Of a DNA stretch of 64,000 nucleotides, positions 13,543 through 27,100 are shown in pieces. Each line of letters starts with the position of its first letter. Positions within the stretch are counted from its first letter, which is position 1. The notes below the pieces were generated by a model, which searched no databases, was not told the DNA's origin, and worked only from the letters and a program-made list of their open reading frames with translations. The position numbers were made by a program, and so were the translations under genes. Source of the stretch: Phoronis australis (Eukaryota > Animalia > Phoronida); contig NMRA01000290.1 of the NCBI GenBank assembly GCA_002633005.1, positions 312,748 through 376,747 of the forward strand. The letters are read 5' to 3'.

Positions 13543-16500
13543 GTAATTGCTTTGATGAGCCGTTCATTGGCATGACGGAAACTCGTTTTTGTTGACAGGA
13601 TCTCTCTCTCAGGCGCCCTCAGCTTCTGATCGCGTCCCCAATACACTACATATAATACTACAAGGTATGACACTCGGGACTAGAAATGCCTCGATTCAGC
13701 CGTCCATGTCAAACACAAAACTCAATAAATTTACACAAAACAGGGGTTCAACAAACCATGAGCAATTGTTCTTTCTACCTACCATTCACGGTGACCTACT
13801 CCAGCGAGTTCGCTAGAAATTCGCAGTCATAAGTACAAAAATGTTCCCAAAAAGCCCAAACACACCTCGCATTTTGACGGTTCGAGGTCAAGATCAGAAC
13901 GAAAATTACTGATGAGTTACGTATGGACGGCGTTATCAACATCGTGACTTTGCGCGATAAACCGGCAATTTCCATACCTTCCTTGACCTCGAACCGTCTA
14001 GGTCTATGCTAGGTTAATACACACAATGGTTCCTAGCAATGTTTTGACGTTAGTTGTTATACAGTTAGCTGGTTGGCTAGTGGTCAGGCAGCTTTGATAT
14101 GCCTGGCGTTGAATGTCACTGTGGGTTCATTGCACTTTTAAGTTAAGCTCAATTGTCTTTCTGGTTTCTGTTTGATTTGTCAGATTCTCCAACCAAGCAC
14201 AAGAAGGCGAAAAAACACAAGAAACATAAAAAGAAAAAGTCTCACTCGATCTCCGATGACCTGGACGTCCTTGAACTGGATGCTAGTCCGAAACCGTCCA
14301 TAAAACTGAAAATCAAACTTGGAGGACAAACTTTTACAACGAAAAGGTTAATAGACTGAACTTGGTTGTACTCATAGGAGCTTATATTGATCTTTTTAGA
14401 ACATACCTGACATATATTCTGTGTGTAAAGAAGGGAGTAGAACGACTTCGTGTTCTGCTGTAGCACGTTCTAACAGAATTCATGTCATAGTTCTCACTTC
14501 TCATTGTCGCTACCACATGACACACTACCTGTGATTGAATGCTGCCCAATCTTTGGGATCATTCATTGACTGTTATTTTTATTAACTACATAAACAAAAT
14601 TTTTGTGCTTAATTACATTTTCAAGGAAAAATCATTTCTTACAAGAAAAAGTTTGAACTGGGTCTTTTACATGTCAGTTTCCTTTTAAAAGGGTACTGAA
14701 CTCTGTTTTGGTGATTTTATTCTTAGCATTGTTTCAGCTAAAACTCTGTCCTCATTAGGTCAGAAAATCGATTCAGTAGTTCGAGACCGACAGCCTTTCC
14801 TCACAGTCATCCATTGATGTGCTTGAAAAGTTAGTCACGTGTTATGATTTAGCAAATTTTTGAAGGTCTGCACAATACTATTTTGCTTCAAAGATTTAAG
14901 TGTTGAGTCGGTTTATTGTCTGTTTATTGTCAAAAATTGAGTTTAGTGTATTAAATATCTGCTTCTATACCAACTCATTTTATACGTTGTGGTTGTTCTT
15001 TTATGTATTGTTGATAACATTTGTGTCCATTTTGGTTTTGAATGTATTCAACTAGATTTTGCAAACATTTTTGTAACTGAAAATACAATATGCTATCTTT
15101 CTGGCTACATTGTTTCACATATTGCCCAGAAATCAGTTTTGCGTGTAAATTATCTTCAAATTTTGCTCTCATCAGTGTGTTATTTTAAAACATTTACCAC
15201 ATGTTTAGTGCATCTTGTTTCTTCAGATTATTTTGCTGATGTTCTTTTCCAGCATTGATTCTAGTGCTATTGCCTCATCAGAGAGCATACAGTCGGTAAC
15301 CGAAGGTAAGTTCAAGAATTTTACACTTAGCGACTGGCCTGCTGTGGAACACTCTGTCCAAATTGATGACTTTTCCCTTGAGCAAAGAGCGTTTCTGCAA
15401 CTTCAAGGGCGTGTCCATACTTGATAATTTGTTTGAACAATGCAACTTCTACACCCTGAAACTTCACATTGCTGACAAATTGTTAAGTGTGAACAGGCCT
15501 TAACAGTTTTAGGAATAATGGCATGGCTGTAAAATGTTAGAGGATATGACATTTGAAAAATCACCGGATCAGACACCGATGTTCTTAATCGTCATTGTTT
15601 AATGTCGGGCAACACCAAGTTAATATGTCAATTCAAAGTTAGCAGTTTTATGATTGTAACCGTGGATCTAGTCGACCAAGGGCTTGACTCTACTTAAACA
15701 TGTATTGATAGGTCAACTGCATAGAGACAAAATGAAAATACTGAATACAATTTCCGTACATTACTGGTAAAGAGCACTTGCACAAACAAACCGTGTTCAC
15801 CAGTAAAAGATTATTGATAAAAACATAAGCATTATTATGCAATAAACATGAAATGCTGTTTTCTGTACTTTATCACTACCTTCAGTAAGGTATATACAAA
15901 TATAAACTTACATCGATATGATCCCCATGAAAGATAAACAACTGAGGTGTGAAACATGACTTGACACCTTAACACACCGTGATAAAAGTGGCATACAAAT
16001 CTCCCACCAGATCCTTAAATATTAACACACGCCATGTTATGCAGTAGCAATGATAGAATACTAGAAGGATTCTTTGTCGATGAACTTATACGCTGGGACA
16101 ACCAATGAATTTCGCTTGGCCAGAGTTCAAATTTTAGCAGTGAAATAAGGTCGTCACAAAACTGAAGAATGTGTGACCTTCAAGTAAAATTTGGGGTGTG
16201 GTGTCGGCAAAAAATGAAGTCGAAGAAATCCATGAATTTGGAAAAGTGACTACTATAATATTTCATCTCTCCAAATCTTGTAGGCTGTTTTTCTAGTTGT
16301 AATTAACGGGTGCCATTTGTCAATGTTGTGCACTTAAGGGTCGTGCGTGTGCAACTTAATGGCCGTCGCTACAAAAATTGTGCCATTGTCGCAAACATGC
16401 AATAAAATTTGGTGTTAAGTGTAATCGTACAAAAGTGTCGAAAATCCTTAAAAAGTTCAGTGACTGAATCTACCATTTTAAGAGTTGTGAATATTGCTTT

Positions 16501-19500
16501 AGATGAACCTAAGGCTTTGAAGAAAGCTGGCGATGACACTTCTGATGAAGAGAAAGAGTGGTTGGATGCTTTGGAGAAGGGCAACCTTGATGACTATGGT
16601 GGCATTAAGAAGAACAAGGATCCAAAGTTACTCACAGCCAGACAGAGGGCACTGCTGCATGGTCCTTCCGATGAACTCTTGGAACTACCTTCTGGTAAAG
16701 TTGAGCGAGAAAATGAAGTGAATGTACTGTCAAGGAACAGTTTCATGAAAATAATAAGGAATAACGACAAAATAAATAAAAATTAATAAGTATATCATAT
16801 TGAAAAATTATTGGAAAATATAATCATTTTATCATTTAGCAGGATATTATTAAAAACAACGTATTATTAAAAACAGCAGGAATAACCATGGTGATAAAGA
16901 CATTGAACGAGTGCTGAGGCAAGTAATTTCATAATAAAAAAATTAAGAAATATGGTTTTGCAATACAGAAGCTTTAACTGACGATAAACTTTTTGGAGTA
17001 TCTTAACTTCTGTAGGCTCTCCACTAGGAGTTTACTCAATTTCCTTACTAATGTTTTTCAAATACTTTGGTTTGAATTAGAGTACCATGAAATGTTTAGA
17101 CAATGATACCAAGCAAAATTGACTCAAATGTGTGCAGTTTTAGTGTTTGGGGGGAGGGGGGCTCAGATCCAATTTCAAGTGTCATATTCGGAACACGGCG
17201 CATTGGTAACGGAACTATGGCTTAGTATAAGCTCTCCCGCGGTATCCCAGGCGACCGGCAAATGCGCTGCGCACTACGATTCCGTTTCCGTCATCTGTTC
17301 CACTGTGCAATGAAGAAAATTTACTTCATTTTTTAAAGAGAATGGAACCTGAGTAACGATGAAAAAAACAGAAACTGCTGGTAAGATGTGAATTTTAATT
17401 GAAGCTTTGGTGAATCACTCAGAAACTCATAATTCTCTCTTTGTCAAACCTTAACTTAAGACGATTTCCAAAGCAATCCCGTCATTATTGCCAACACGAA
17501 AAACGGATTTGGTCTTTTGGGCATTTGAAGACTATTTTAAATACAACAAATTTGTTAAAAACCGATTGCACAAAATATAAAACGTGTAATAAGCATTACA
17601 AAAAGAAGTAGGTTTCACGTGCAAACGCTGTGGACCATAAACAAGTAGGTCTCTTAGCACAAGATTAGTAGTTAAATCGTAGTGGTGTAGTGGTAAAGCA
17701 CGCGCGCTCTATCCGCCAGGTCGTCGAGTCTGTGGTACGTGTGGTTTTTCCTGTTTGACACGTTCTTTGTGTTTTTTTTGCCTTTTTTCTTGGATAATAC
17801 TTCAGGAATCAAGGAAAATGCTTGATTTTTAGAGGAAAAAACAGAAAAATTTCCTGGGCGGGNCGCAAATGCTTACAGCCTTGAAAAATGTTGAGCCCCC
17901 CCTTGTGATATCCTAGATCCGCCACTGTGTTGGGACAGGCGAATCTTGCTTTAGTACGTGGAGAAATTAAAATTTTGTCGAGTATGTTACTCTGTGATAA
18001 ATATATTTGTTTCTTTGTTCCCATACTACATGTCTCATTTCTTATCAGATTGTCATGAAATTTACTCACAATATGTATCTTATCATTAGCTCAAGGCTTG
18101 TTGTTTTGTTAGAATCAGACCCGAAGTCACGCTGTGGCAGCTGTTTTTAAAAAATTTCTGTTCACAGACCATTTAGCTCCTGCGTCCTTTGATGGATTTG
18201 ACTGAAACGTGGTTTGTGATTATGTCTCATCAATTGCTATTTGGAATGTGTTATCCATTTCTTGGTATGACTAAATGTTTTTGAGTCACTTCAAATTTTC
18301 TTATAACTGCTCTTTTATTGACTTATTTTTTGCTGCACTTTTGTTGGTTTACCATCTACTGTGCAAGGCTATTTTTCTTAATAAATTTCGTCATCTTTAT
18401 AATAGCCGTCACCATCGTCGTTGTCATCGTCATCATGGTTGTTTTCATTCAATTTCACCAAGTGTTGTTCTCTGGAGTGGCTTCATTTTGATTTTGCATT
18501 GGTGAGATGACGCTTGTGACTTTCCAGGGTGGAGCTTATGTTATTTGTTTTCAAGTTTAATTGTCTCAAAATAGTTTAACTTTTTTGAGCTTTGAAAAGC
18601 ACCTAAAGTTCTGCTTCATGGATGGCATTAATTGATATTTCAGGTTACAAAAAGGTTGAGTTGACTGAGGAACAACTACAGCGAAGAAAACAAAGGGCTA
18701 GCAAGAGACGTGAGCAAGCTCACGAGAAACGAGAGAAAGCCAAAGTAAACAGTTTGATTTGTGCTAAGACGTAACTCATTTGAATTTATCAGTAGTTAGT
18801 TTGAAAAGCAGGATTGTTTCATATCAGTTATTAGTCATTATTCATTGTGTTTTATTTGGATTTGAGTGGAAAAGCTGGGAGTTTTGAACTCTTGTCAAAT
18901 TGGCAGACATTAAACTTGATTATGTACTAGATAAGGGACAGTTTTGTGCTTGTTTACGTCTTGCTTACAATATGGAGCCTGACAAGAACTACTATTGTTT
19001 TGATGAAGGCTTTTTGGTCAGTTTGGCACTTGAAGTCTAGTACTAAAGTCACAAAACCCAGTCAGCTGTTTGGAGATACTGTTGGCACAAATATATTCAT
19101 TTATTGTTTTGTTTTGCAGAAACAAACAGTTGACAGACTTTTGAAGAAACAAGAAGCAAAATTGAAAGGTGCAAAGGTCAGTTCATTAAAGTTCACATCA
19201 CTTTTTGATATTATTTGAAGTTATACTTTCTCATAGATGCTGTTATCTTAAGTCAATGCTTACCACCCATTTTGAAATTAAATAATTTTTATTTGTAATT
19301 AACCACATGTTTAGCATTCATGTTCCTAAAATTATTCTCAAACTAGGGTTTTTCATTAGATGATACGTGTCTGATTGCCATCATTGCAGGCCACCATCAA
19401 ATCTTTCAAATTGTTGTTGCATTTATTTACGTTGTTACTAACGTCATTGCCATGTTTTTGCATGTTAACACATAATCACCAATCTTTCTTGAGTAGTATA

Positions 19501-21779
19501 CAGGCGCCACCTAAAGGTTTGGGTGGTCATTAACTGATTGATTACACTCGTGTGGGTAACAAAATAATAGTGAACGCTCGCTACTTGAAAATTGTTACAT
19601 ATTACAACTTGTTCATTCAATATGAAGCTCAGACTGCCTATGGGAAGGACAGACCCAAAAAGTGGATGTGAATTGGTAGGGACAAGGTTGTGAAAGTAGC
19701 GCCAATTTTTATTTGTTAAAACTTGCAGTGGTTATCAGCTTTTGAAATGGACATTTTTAGCAATATCAGAACTGCTGAGGAATGAAGGTCAAACCATGAA
19801 CTTTCAAGAGCTGAATTTATTTTTCATATGAAATCTATTTTTTTGTTTTTGTGCAGGCATACATTTCTTGTACAGTGGTGGAAAAGTGAATAAAATTTTA
19901 ATGTCTGATATGTGACAAAACAGTATCAGGATCTGCGATTGTAAAATGAAAAAATGACGCATCTTTCCCATTTCTTGTCTGTCCTCCCTGTTTAGGTTGC
20001 ATCATTCCCATCCAAAGGTCCATCTTTTCCAGTTCTCCTCTGTCCTTTGCATTTTTGGGTCTGCCCTTCCCATCATTAGTATGGACTTTTTACTGGTTGG
20101 TCAGCTAAGTGTTTTGGTTGAAATTCTTACCCAGCTGGCTCCGATACATATTTTGTCTCTCGTCTGACATTTCAGTTTTGTGAATTTTTGTCAGTTAAAT
20201 CTTGAAAATGTAAAGTCACAATTTAACATGTAAGCGATTGACCAAAATTTCTTTAAAAAATGCAAGAAAAACTAAAAAAAACTTGTGTTCATGATTTGGA
20301 AAACCTCTTTTCCTGTTGTCTGCCGATGTTGTTAAAGTCTAGTGTGCAAAGTGGGTCAGGAACAGGAAATACCCAACTCACTAATCGGGGCACTTGGCAG
20401 TGACAGGATAACGCACTGAAAGACCTGTGTGGCAGGGCAAGAGTTAAAAGGTCGAGATTTCATGGCATACTAGAACCATCAAATCAGTAGAGCCAATGTC
20501 ATATTTGCACCTTCCTTGTGTTTACTGATTTGGTTTCAATGGTTAGTTGTTTTTGATTCACATTCACTATGCAGGCTAAAGGTCCTAAGAGCCTGGGTGT
20601 ACCTCACGTGCGCTACCTACAAACACAGACAAGTGTCAGCCTATCCCTGCCAGGCAGTCAGACGTTTCCACTGCCGTCACAAACTAAGAAGGAGTAAGTG
20701 TAGAAAGTAAAGCAAAATGCATTTAGTTTTGGACGAGTGTTTCACACGTTAGTGTTAAAGTACTTCCTCATTGGGCCACGTGCTGTCGTTTCCGATTTCA
20801 AAGTGAATTTATTTGTACCTTACTATGAGCAGTTTTTGCAGTTTGTATTATTTTCTTTAAAATTCCCCCATATCGGTAGACATTTACAGGTTAGTTATTG
20901 TTCCCTTGGCGAGTATGTGCTGTCCATGGAACAATGGAGAATAAGTTAAACCACCCAACAAAGGCGCACATCTTGGTTCTGCAATCACTTGAACAACCTT
21001 CACAGGCTGTGTTCACTAGGGAGTAGGAAGAGAACACAGGACCAAGATGTGATCCTGTTGTCTGGCCATTTATGTCACTATTGTTGTATGGATACTAAAT
21101 ACATGCCAGGGCAACAGTAACTAAGTGGACAAATGTGTTTGCAAGATATCCAGGATTCTGCATTTTTACTAAAACATAGTATGCTTTCTCCTTTAAAGCC
21201 ACGTTCCTTGTGCGATATCATACCCAAAAGCCTAAAGTGTAGCTCATTGCTTGCTTGCTTGTCTGGATTCGCCACAAATTCTGTTTTAACATTCTAGTGT
21301 GATATCGGCAATTTATGACTTCAGCTACACTGGAAACACTCACCTGAACATTTGATTGGTTGCCAGTGATTACTCTCGACTCACAAACCAATCAGATGTA
21401 TTAAGCTGGTTAACCTCACTGAAGTGACATACCCCGGATATGTAAATCAAGTGCCGCCTTTTCGATGTTATTGCTGTATCAAACTTCAAAGCATTGTACT
21501 CGACAGGCAGCTTTGAGTACCCGCTGCTGACTTTTGAGTGATTTTGTGGGTCAATCCAGATAGTTCGTTTTCATATTTCTTTGCTTAAAGTTGTCGAGAT
21601 GGTATAAAAATCATTTTTAACTGTTTGCTTTCAGACCTCCACTTCCAGTCAAGTGTACCATCTGCAGAAGTAACTATAGAAAGTACTCCTGCTCAAAAAC
21701 TGGAAAACCTCTGTGTAGTTTACTGTGCTACAAGAAGAACAAGGAGTTAAATCCAAAAGCATTCGAGATTTCGACGTAA
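13482..21779 (+). CDS. INO80B: INO80 complex subunit B (Ies2/PAPA-1), complete, 8 coding exons, ~296 aa
   Basis: Exons 13482-13542, 14184-14346, 15253-15305, 16503-16694, 18644-18744, 19120-19176, 20575-20693 and 21635-21779. All introns are GT-AG with consistent phases; 891 nt in total ending in TAA. Motifs: HKKHKKK tract, KLKIKLGGQ, EEKEWLDALEKG, LLTARQRALL, PAPA-1 region (KQTVDRLLK) and a C-terminal HIT-type zinc finger. Confidence 0.95.
13876..13998. mobile_element. Short MITE-like element with a perfect 17-bp inverted repeat
   Basis: GACGGTTCGAGGTCAAG (13876-13892) and CTTGACCTCGAACCGTC (13982-13998). Confidence 0.6.
14184..14346 (+). CDS. INO80B: INO80B exon 2
   Basis: DSPTKHKKAKKHKKHKKKK...KPSIKLKIKLGGQTFTTK; cag acceptor, gt donor. 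Confidence 0.92.
15253..15305 (+). CDS. INO80B: INO80B exon 3
   Basis: 53 nt, ttttccag acceptor and gtaagt donor; bridges phase 2 to phase 1 as the flanking exons require. Confidence 0.8.
16503..16694 (+). CDS. INO80B: INO80B exon 4
   Basis: DEPKALKKAGDDTSDEEKEWLDALEKGNLDD...LLTARQRALLHGPSDELLELPS. Confidence 0.92.
18644..18744 (+). CDS. INO80B: INO80B exon 5
   Basis: GYKKVELTEEQLQRRKQRASKRREQAHEKREKAK; tttcag acceptor, gtaaac donor. Confidence 0.9.
19120..19176 (+). CDS. INO80B: INO80B exon 6
   Basis: KQTVDRLLKKQEAKLKGAK; ttgcag acceptor, gtcagt donor. Confidence 0.9.
20575..20693 (+). CDS. INO80B: INO80B exon 7
   Basis: AKGPKSLGVPHVRYLQTQTSVSLSLPGSQTFPLPSQTKK; gcag acceptor, gtaagt donor. 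Confidence 0.9.
21635..21779 (+). CDS. INO80B: INO80B exon 8 (HIT-type zinc finger and stop)
   Basis: PPLPVKCTICRSNYRKYSCSKTGKPLCSLLCYKKNKELNPKAFEIST*. Confidence 0.92.
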
Positions 21780-22349
21780 CATAACGCGAGATGCGGAAAG
21801 TTAATACTGTTACTCTTCTTCATCATTTACTGACCATCCACTGTGCAGCTGTAACTTGATGGTATTTACAAAGTAGTTAGTCTGAGAAAGTACTGTCTGT
21901 GATCATCCTTTCATAGGCATTGTGTTGCACATTGTGTTCAAATTGTACTGGGAATTTCTGAACACAAGGCTTGGGATATATTTGGAAAATGGTACATTTT
22001 TGACCTTTCAAATACCTCAACAAAAACGGGCATTTCTTCAGATATGGAAGACTCTACGGGATTGTCAATGATTTTTGCTTAGATATACGTGTTGTTTTTT
22101 AACCATGTTCACAGATACTTCATGTTGGAACATGCAAAATCCATGGGAAAATAGAAATTAGTTTCAAAAGCAGGCACATTGGTCTGTATTGGGGTCATTT
22201 TCTGTCCACAAGCCCATGGGCTTATTCAGGGGGCCTGTTTGTAAGTGACATGGTATACGTCATTAAAGATTCATCCCAGATCCAGATCATCCTTTTTCCA
22301 ACAACAACTGAGATGTGAACAAGTGTTAGTGACATGGATGGTCTCATTA

Positions 22350-22355
22350 AATAAA
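22350..22355 (+). terminator. Candidate polyadenylation signal of INO80B
   Basis: AATAAA about 570 nt after the stop, followed by T/GT-rich sequence. Confidence 0.4.
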
Positions 22356-22439
22356 GCTGCCATTTCATGATGTGAATGTTATCTTTGTATTGAATTTGTA
22401 CAAACTGTAATTTTAAATACAAGTTTTCAACAAATAGTG

Positions 22440-22445
22440 TTTATT
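22440..22445 (-). terminator. Candidate polyadenylation signal of the WDR97/87-like gene
   Basis: TTTATT on plus (AATAAA on minus) about 740 nt past the stop of the distal terminal-exon copy. Confidence 0.4.
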
Positions 22446-23186
22446 TGCATTTCAACAATACATCTTTGCAACAATCAAACATTTACAACTGTACAGGACA
22501 TTACAAAAGGGTTGGTATATCACAGAAAATCAACTCCTGCCATCTAAAAAGGCTGCAAAGATGTTCTTTACACAGAATACTTCAAAACAACTCTATCTCA
22601 ATAAAAGGCTGTCTGACATGTACACGTGTGGCTGCTGGACACCACTCGGCAAAAATTACTTGGCAAAAAAATGCCAACAAAATTCTACTTCAAAAGTGCA
22701 AAATACATGTGTGTGAAAACAATATATATAATTATGGCATTTCAGCGCGTTATAAAAAAATGGAATAGAACAATTTTGTACCGAGTTCAACCTTGTGTGT
22801 CCAACAATGGTGGCAGATGAAGAGATTGCGATGCTGTGCTGAGTACACTTGGCTTCCCCATGATCAAAATTGTAAACAATTAAAACCCAAATGATTTTAT
22901 TACAATGGTTCAGAAGAGAGCAGAAATTACCTAAAAAACTAAGATGCAGATATTACGACAATGTTACTGCTGAATAAAACCACCAAAGTTTCCCAAGAAA
23001 ACTCAGTCAAGGGTTTGTAAAAATTTAAACCCAAGATGCAATACATTATTTTACAGATTAAAATTTCAGAAATTCTTGAAAAATAATTTTAAAAATACAT
23101 AATGTTATCTTCTACTCCAATGAGTTAATGCTGACAGCTTTCTGGCTCAAACCGATCACCGTCATTATGAAATAACGACTGTTGGG

Positions 23187-23425
23187 TCATAGACCATAAT
23201 CTTCAATATCTGGCACATAGGATTGTGATGGTATAAAATACTTCTGTGACGACTTCAGTGTCAATAGGATTGGATCCCGCTGCCAAGGATCATAAGCATC
23301 TATTGCACTTGGGAACGGATTCATGTATAGAGTTTTCATGGGTAGATTGATGCTTGGTGCAAAGCCATGCAGCTGGCCAGGAATGGGTTGGTGACCTCTG
23401 TTGGTGACCGGTGGAAGCTTGAAGT
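23187..23425 (-). CDS. Second copy of the terminal exon (copy B), probably allelic or assembly duplicate
   Basis: Same peptide as copy A, 705 bp away, with only synonymous differences. Confidence 0.65.
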
Positions 23426-23891
23426 CTGAAACGGAAAAGCGTGACCATATTATCATGCTATTTCAGTACCACCAGTTCAGATAACTTGTGTCAAAGATAA
23501 ACATTTCCTTTTACGGGCTTACTTTTGCCCCCGTTTTCTTATGCTACTTTTGTCAGCCTCGCTCGCTCTCCCTTGGGTGGGCGGATGCATCCTTCTGCTG
23601 CATCTGTGGCAGATTGTCACCCACCTTTACAGTGCAACATGTTATATAACTTTTGTAATTACTGATATCTGTAGTAGTTTAGTTTGTCATAATATATATG
23701 ACCTTTTATCTCAACTACATGTGTTGTTTCACTGTAAACTAGCTTCGGTATCGCTTCGCAGTTAGCGCATATAAAAATTATTTAAGTATTAAATTATTTT
23801 ATGTAAGCTATACTGCCTCCTCCTCATTNTTAATGCTGACAGCTTTCTGGCTCAAACCGATCACCGTCACACTGAAATAACGATTGTTGGG

Positions 23892-24130
23892 TCATAGACC
23901 ATAATCTTCAATATCCGGCACATAGGATTGTGATGGTATAAAATACTTCTGTGACGACTTCAGTGTCAATAGGATTGGATCCCGCTGCCAAGGATCATAA
24001 GCATCTATTGCACTTGGGAATGGATTCATGTACAGAGTTTTCATGGGTAGATTGATGCTTGGTGCAAAGCCATGCAGCTGGCCAGGAATGGGTTGGTGAC
24101 CTCTGTTGGTGACCGGTGGAAGCTTGAAGT
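23892..24130 (-). CDS. WDR97/87-like terminal exon (copy A)
   Basis: DFKLPPVTNRGHQPIPG...SSQKYFIPSQSYVPDIEDYGL*; ccgtttcag acceptor. Confidence 0.85.
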
Positions 24131-27100
24131 CTGAAACGGAAAAGCATGACCATATTATCATGCTATTTCAGTACCACCAGTTCAGATAACTTGTGTCAAA
24201 GATAAAACATTTAGTCATCAATTTTGATGGGAAAATTGAGACAAGCAGTGCATTAAAAATGTTCCTGATTTAAATGCCGCTGAATGGCAACACTTCGCTG
24301 GCTTTGCTACTTATGCAGCAAGTAAAAACAGTAACCATTGCGTCATGGCTGAAATAAGTCTGACAAAAATAAATCACTAGTGCGGTAAAATTTCAACAGT
24401 TTTGGACAAAAATAACAGCAAAAATTAACTTTTCATTTTCGAAGGCTTCTGACAATGTTTTTAACGCTACAAATTTCTCAAAACATTGTCTGCTATTAGG
24501 TATATGCTACAGAACTAAAAATGATAAAAGTGTTTATTTGGTGGTAATCATCTCTTATGAAAGAACAAATTCTGCATGTCCGCCACACTGTGTCCTCAAT
24601 TGGTAAGCTTTTACCATATAAGTAAACAGTGCACTTCTATCAACGCCTCTTTTTGATGTGGCTATCCTTCATCATAAGTTAAGATTAAAATTTAACAAAA
24701 CTGTCAAATGTAGAAAATGTCACCAATTTCAGACAAAAATGATTGCCAAAAATATACTTTTTAATTTTTTGTGGGCTTCTTACATTGTTATCAACACTCA
24801 CCATTGTTTAAAACATTGTCAGATAGTAGCTATTGTACAAAACTTGAACATGAAAAAACGTTTCATTTCATGCTACGATTATCATGAAAAAAATGATGAA
24901 ATAAAATTCCACATATGATGTCCACAATTGCTTACTGTATGTTGAATAGTGGAGCAGACCCAGTTGAAAAATGTTACTTCTGTCCCTGATAGGACACTGA
25001 ACACAATAGAGTATAAACCCAACTTTAAAGGTCGCAGTGTCTGGACGGTCTAACTTGTCTCCTTAGTGCCTCCATGTTGGTGCAGTGGAGTCTCCTTGAT
25101 GCCATATCTCAGTTTCAATGACAATGTAAGTTATGATAATTAGCGGGATATGCAAACAAGCAGCCTTTCAACTTGGCTTTGATCGGAAACCTGATCTCTT
25201 ATAAGCTGATCACGCAAAGAGGAGAGTCTCAGAGTAAGACATATCTAAACAAGCAATAGCTGATTTTTACAGCCGCTGCCAATTCCGATAAGACAAATGA
25301 ATTGAAGATGGAATGGTTAGATTTTAAATAGAAAAGTAATTAGTAGTGAGAATCAATTTTGTTGATATTTTATGGCTATCCGGGACCACAACAATAAATC
25401 CATCACAACATTATTCGGGAAACGTTTTGTTTTTTCAGGACTTATCCAATATGATATGAAGTGGGCTCTACTGTATAATGTGAATTACTGAGGAGCTAAT
25501 AGTCAGTGTAGGGTCGTAGACACATGACGGCATTTTCACATTCAGTGGACGCGGAGATTTGTGAGCGTGTGATAACATCTAGCTCCTTTGTTATTTACTG
25601 CTGAGCACAGTTTTTTGTCTGGTATGACAACAGGCAGGCCAATTATCTACCAGGCTTATTACAGACCACATGTGAACACAGTCAAACCCATAGTGAATTG
25701 CATGTTTGGAAAGAATAAATTGCCAGTTTTGGTTTTAGTTGGGTGATTTTGGTGATTCACAAACTAAACATGATCAGCATTTGACGAGGAATTCAGGAAT
25801 GCTATTGGTTTATGTTCAAATATGTTATAACTTAACAACACATCCCAGTCAGGCTATAGATACGATCTTATTGGAAATTAGAGCAATTATCGAACAAAAG
25901 AGAGCTGGCCCTCCAACCATAAATGACAGAATGGAGTTAATCAGTCATGTAAGATTGGCTACAGGGTCATCTTCCTAACTAGTTGTTGGGCTATAGAATC
26001 GAACAAGTTGGGATCAACAGGAAAACACTATAATGACCTAATTGATTTTGACTTTAGCGACAATGACATAACAAATTACTCACCAACATCGTAAGTTGTT
26101 TCCCTCTCTGGTCGACACCGGCTTGTGTGCATTTCACCCAGCCTAACCAAGTTGGGTTTACTGAAAAAAATATTTTAATCATAGAGTTTATTGAACAATG
26201 TTAGATATAACATAGGTTTCAAAGTGATGCAATATATAACAAATATGGAATCTTACTGTAGGAAGACTCAGTATTGATAATGAAAGAACGGCCGGCATCC
26301 CAGGGGGGACAGGCACATATAGTGTAAGGTGGTACTGGCGACTTGTTGGGTCTCTTAAATCTTACGTGATTTTGGTATAAGGATGGTAGCCGTCATAACT
26401 GTGGCATAAGAATTAGGTTGCACTTTTCAGTAAACTTGTTGATGTTAGTACGTTACATATTCTTTAATTGATGAGGCATAGAATAGAAGCTTTAAAATGA
26501 TGTTGTTGTCGAGAAAAGGGATTTTCTGAGATTGGCCTCAGTTCAGAATCAAACACGCAACCTCCACGATCGCAGTCTAACCCTCTGTTAGTGGATAAAC
26601 ACCACTCCAAAAATGGCAAGAGTACTATTTTTAAGCATAGTTAAATGGTTAGGTAGTTACCAACCTTGATTTCAGTAAATATTTTAGCAAAAATGGCAAG
26701 AACTGACAAAAAGACAATGGATGTTATTCAAGCTAATAATTTTAAGAAGACTATCCAACAATAGTCCCAAAATGGGTTTCCTCTGCCGTAAAGAAGGTAT
26801 ATTGAGTCACAATTTTCGAGGTGGCCTAGCAGCACCCCCATACCCAAATATACCAGTTGTGCACTTCCTGTGTCCTTGAGACCATTTTTTGAAGTTCTTG
26901 TAGTTTAAAGTTCTTGTAACAATTAAATTTATTGATTACTGACGGGTAAAATAAAAGCTTTCAATTTAATATCCGCACTTCCTGAACAGACATTACGTAT
27001 TATCTACTTAAAAAATGACATAATATCTGCATAATTGAAGAACATGGACAGAATTAACCAATCCCAAACGGATTCATTATAGTGTGATCAGGTTCATTGT

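Larger units (their letters stand above)
23125..24212. repeat. ~380-bp direct duplication (23125-23506 and 23830-24212)
   Basis: Near-identical copies; the second starts immediately after an N at 23829. Confidence 0.9.

Noticed and set aside
13909-13916. CTGATGAG hammerhead core inside the 17-bp IR element
   Set aside because: No stem II followed by GAAA at a compatible position.
17680-17745. tRNA gene (A-box-like TAGTGGTGTAGTGGTAAAGCAC)
   Set aside because: No intact B box or cloverleaf; at most a tRNA-derived repeat head. The same applies to fragments near 26540 and 54330.
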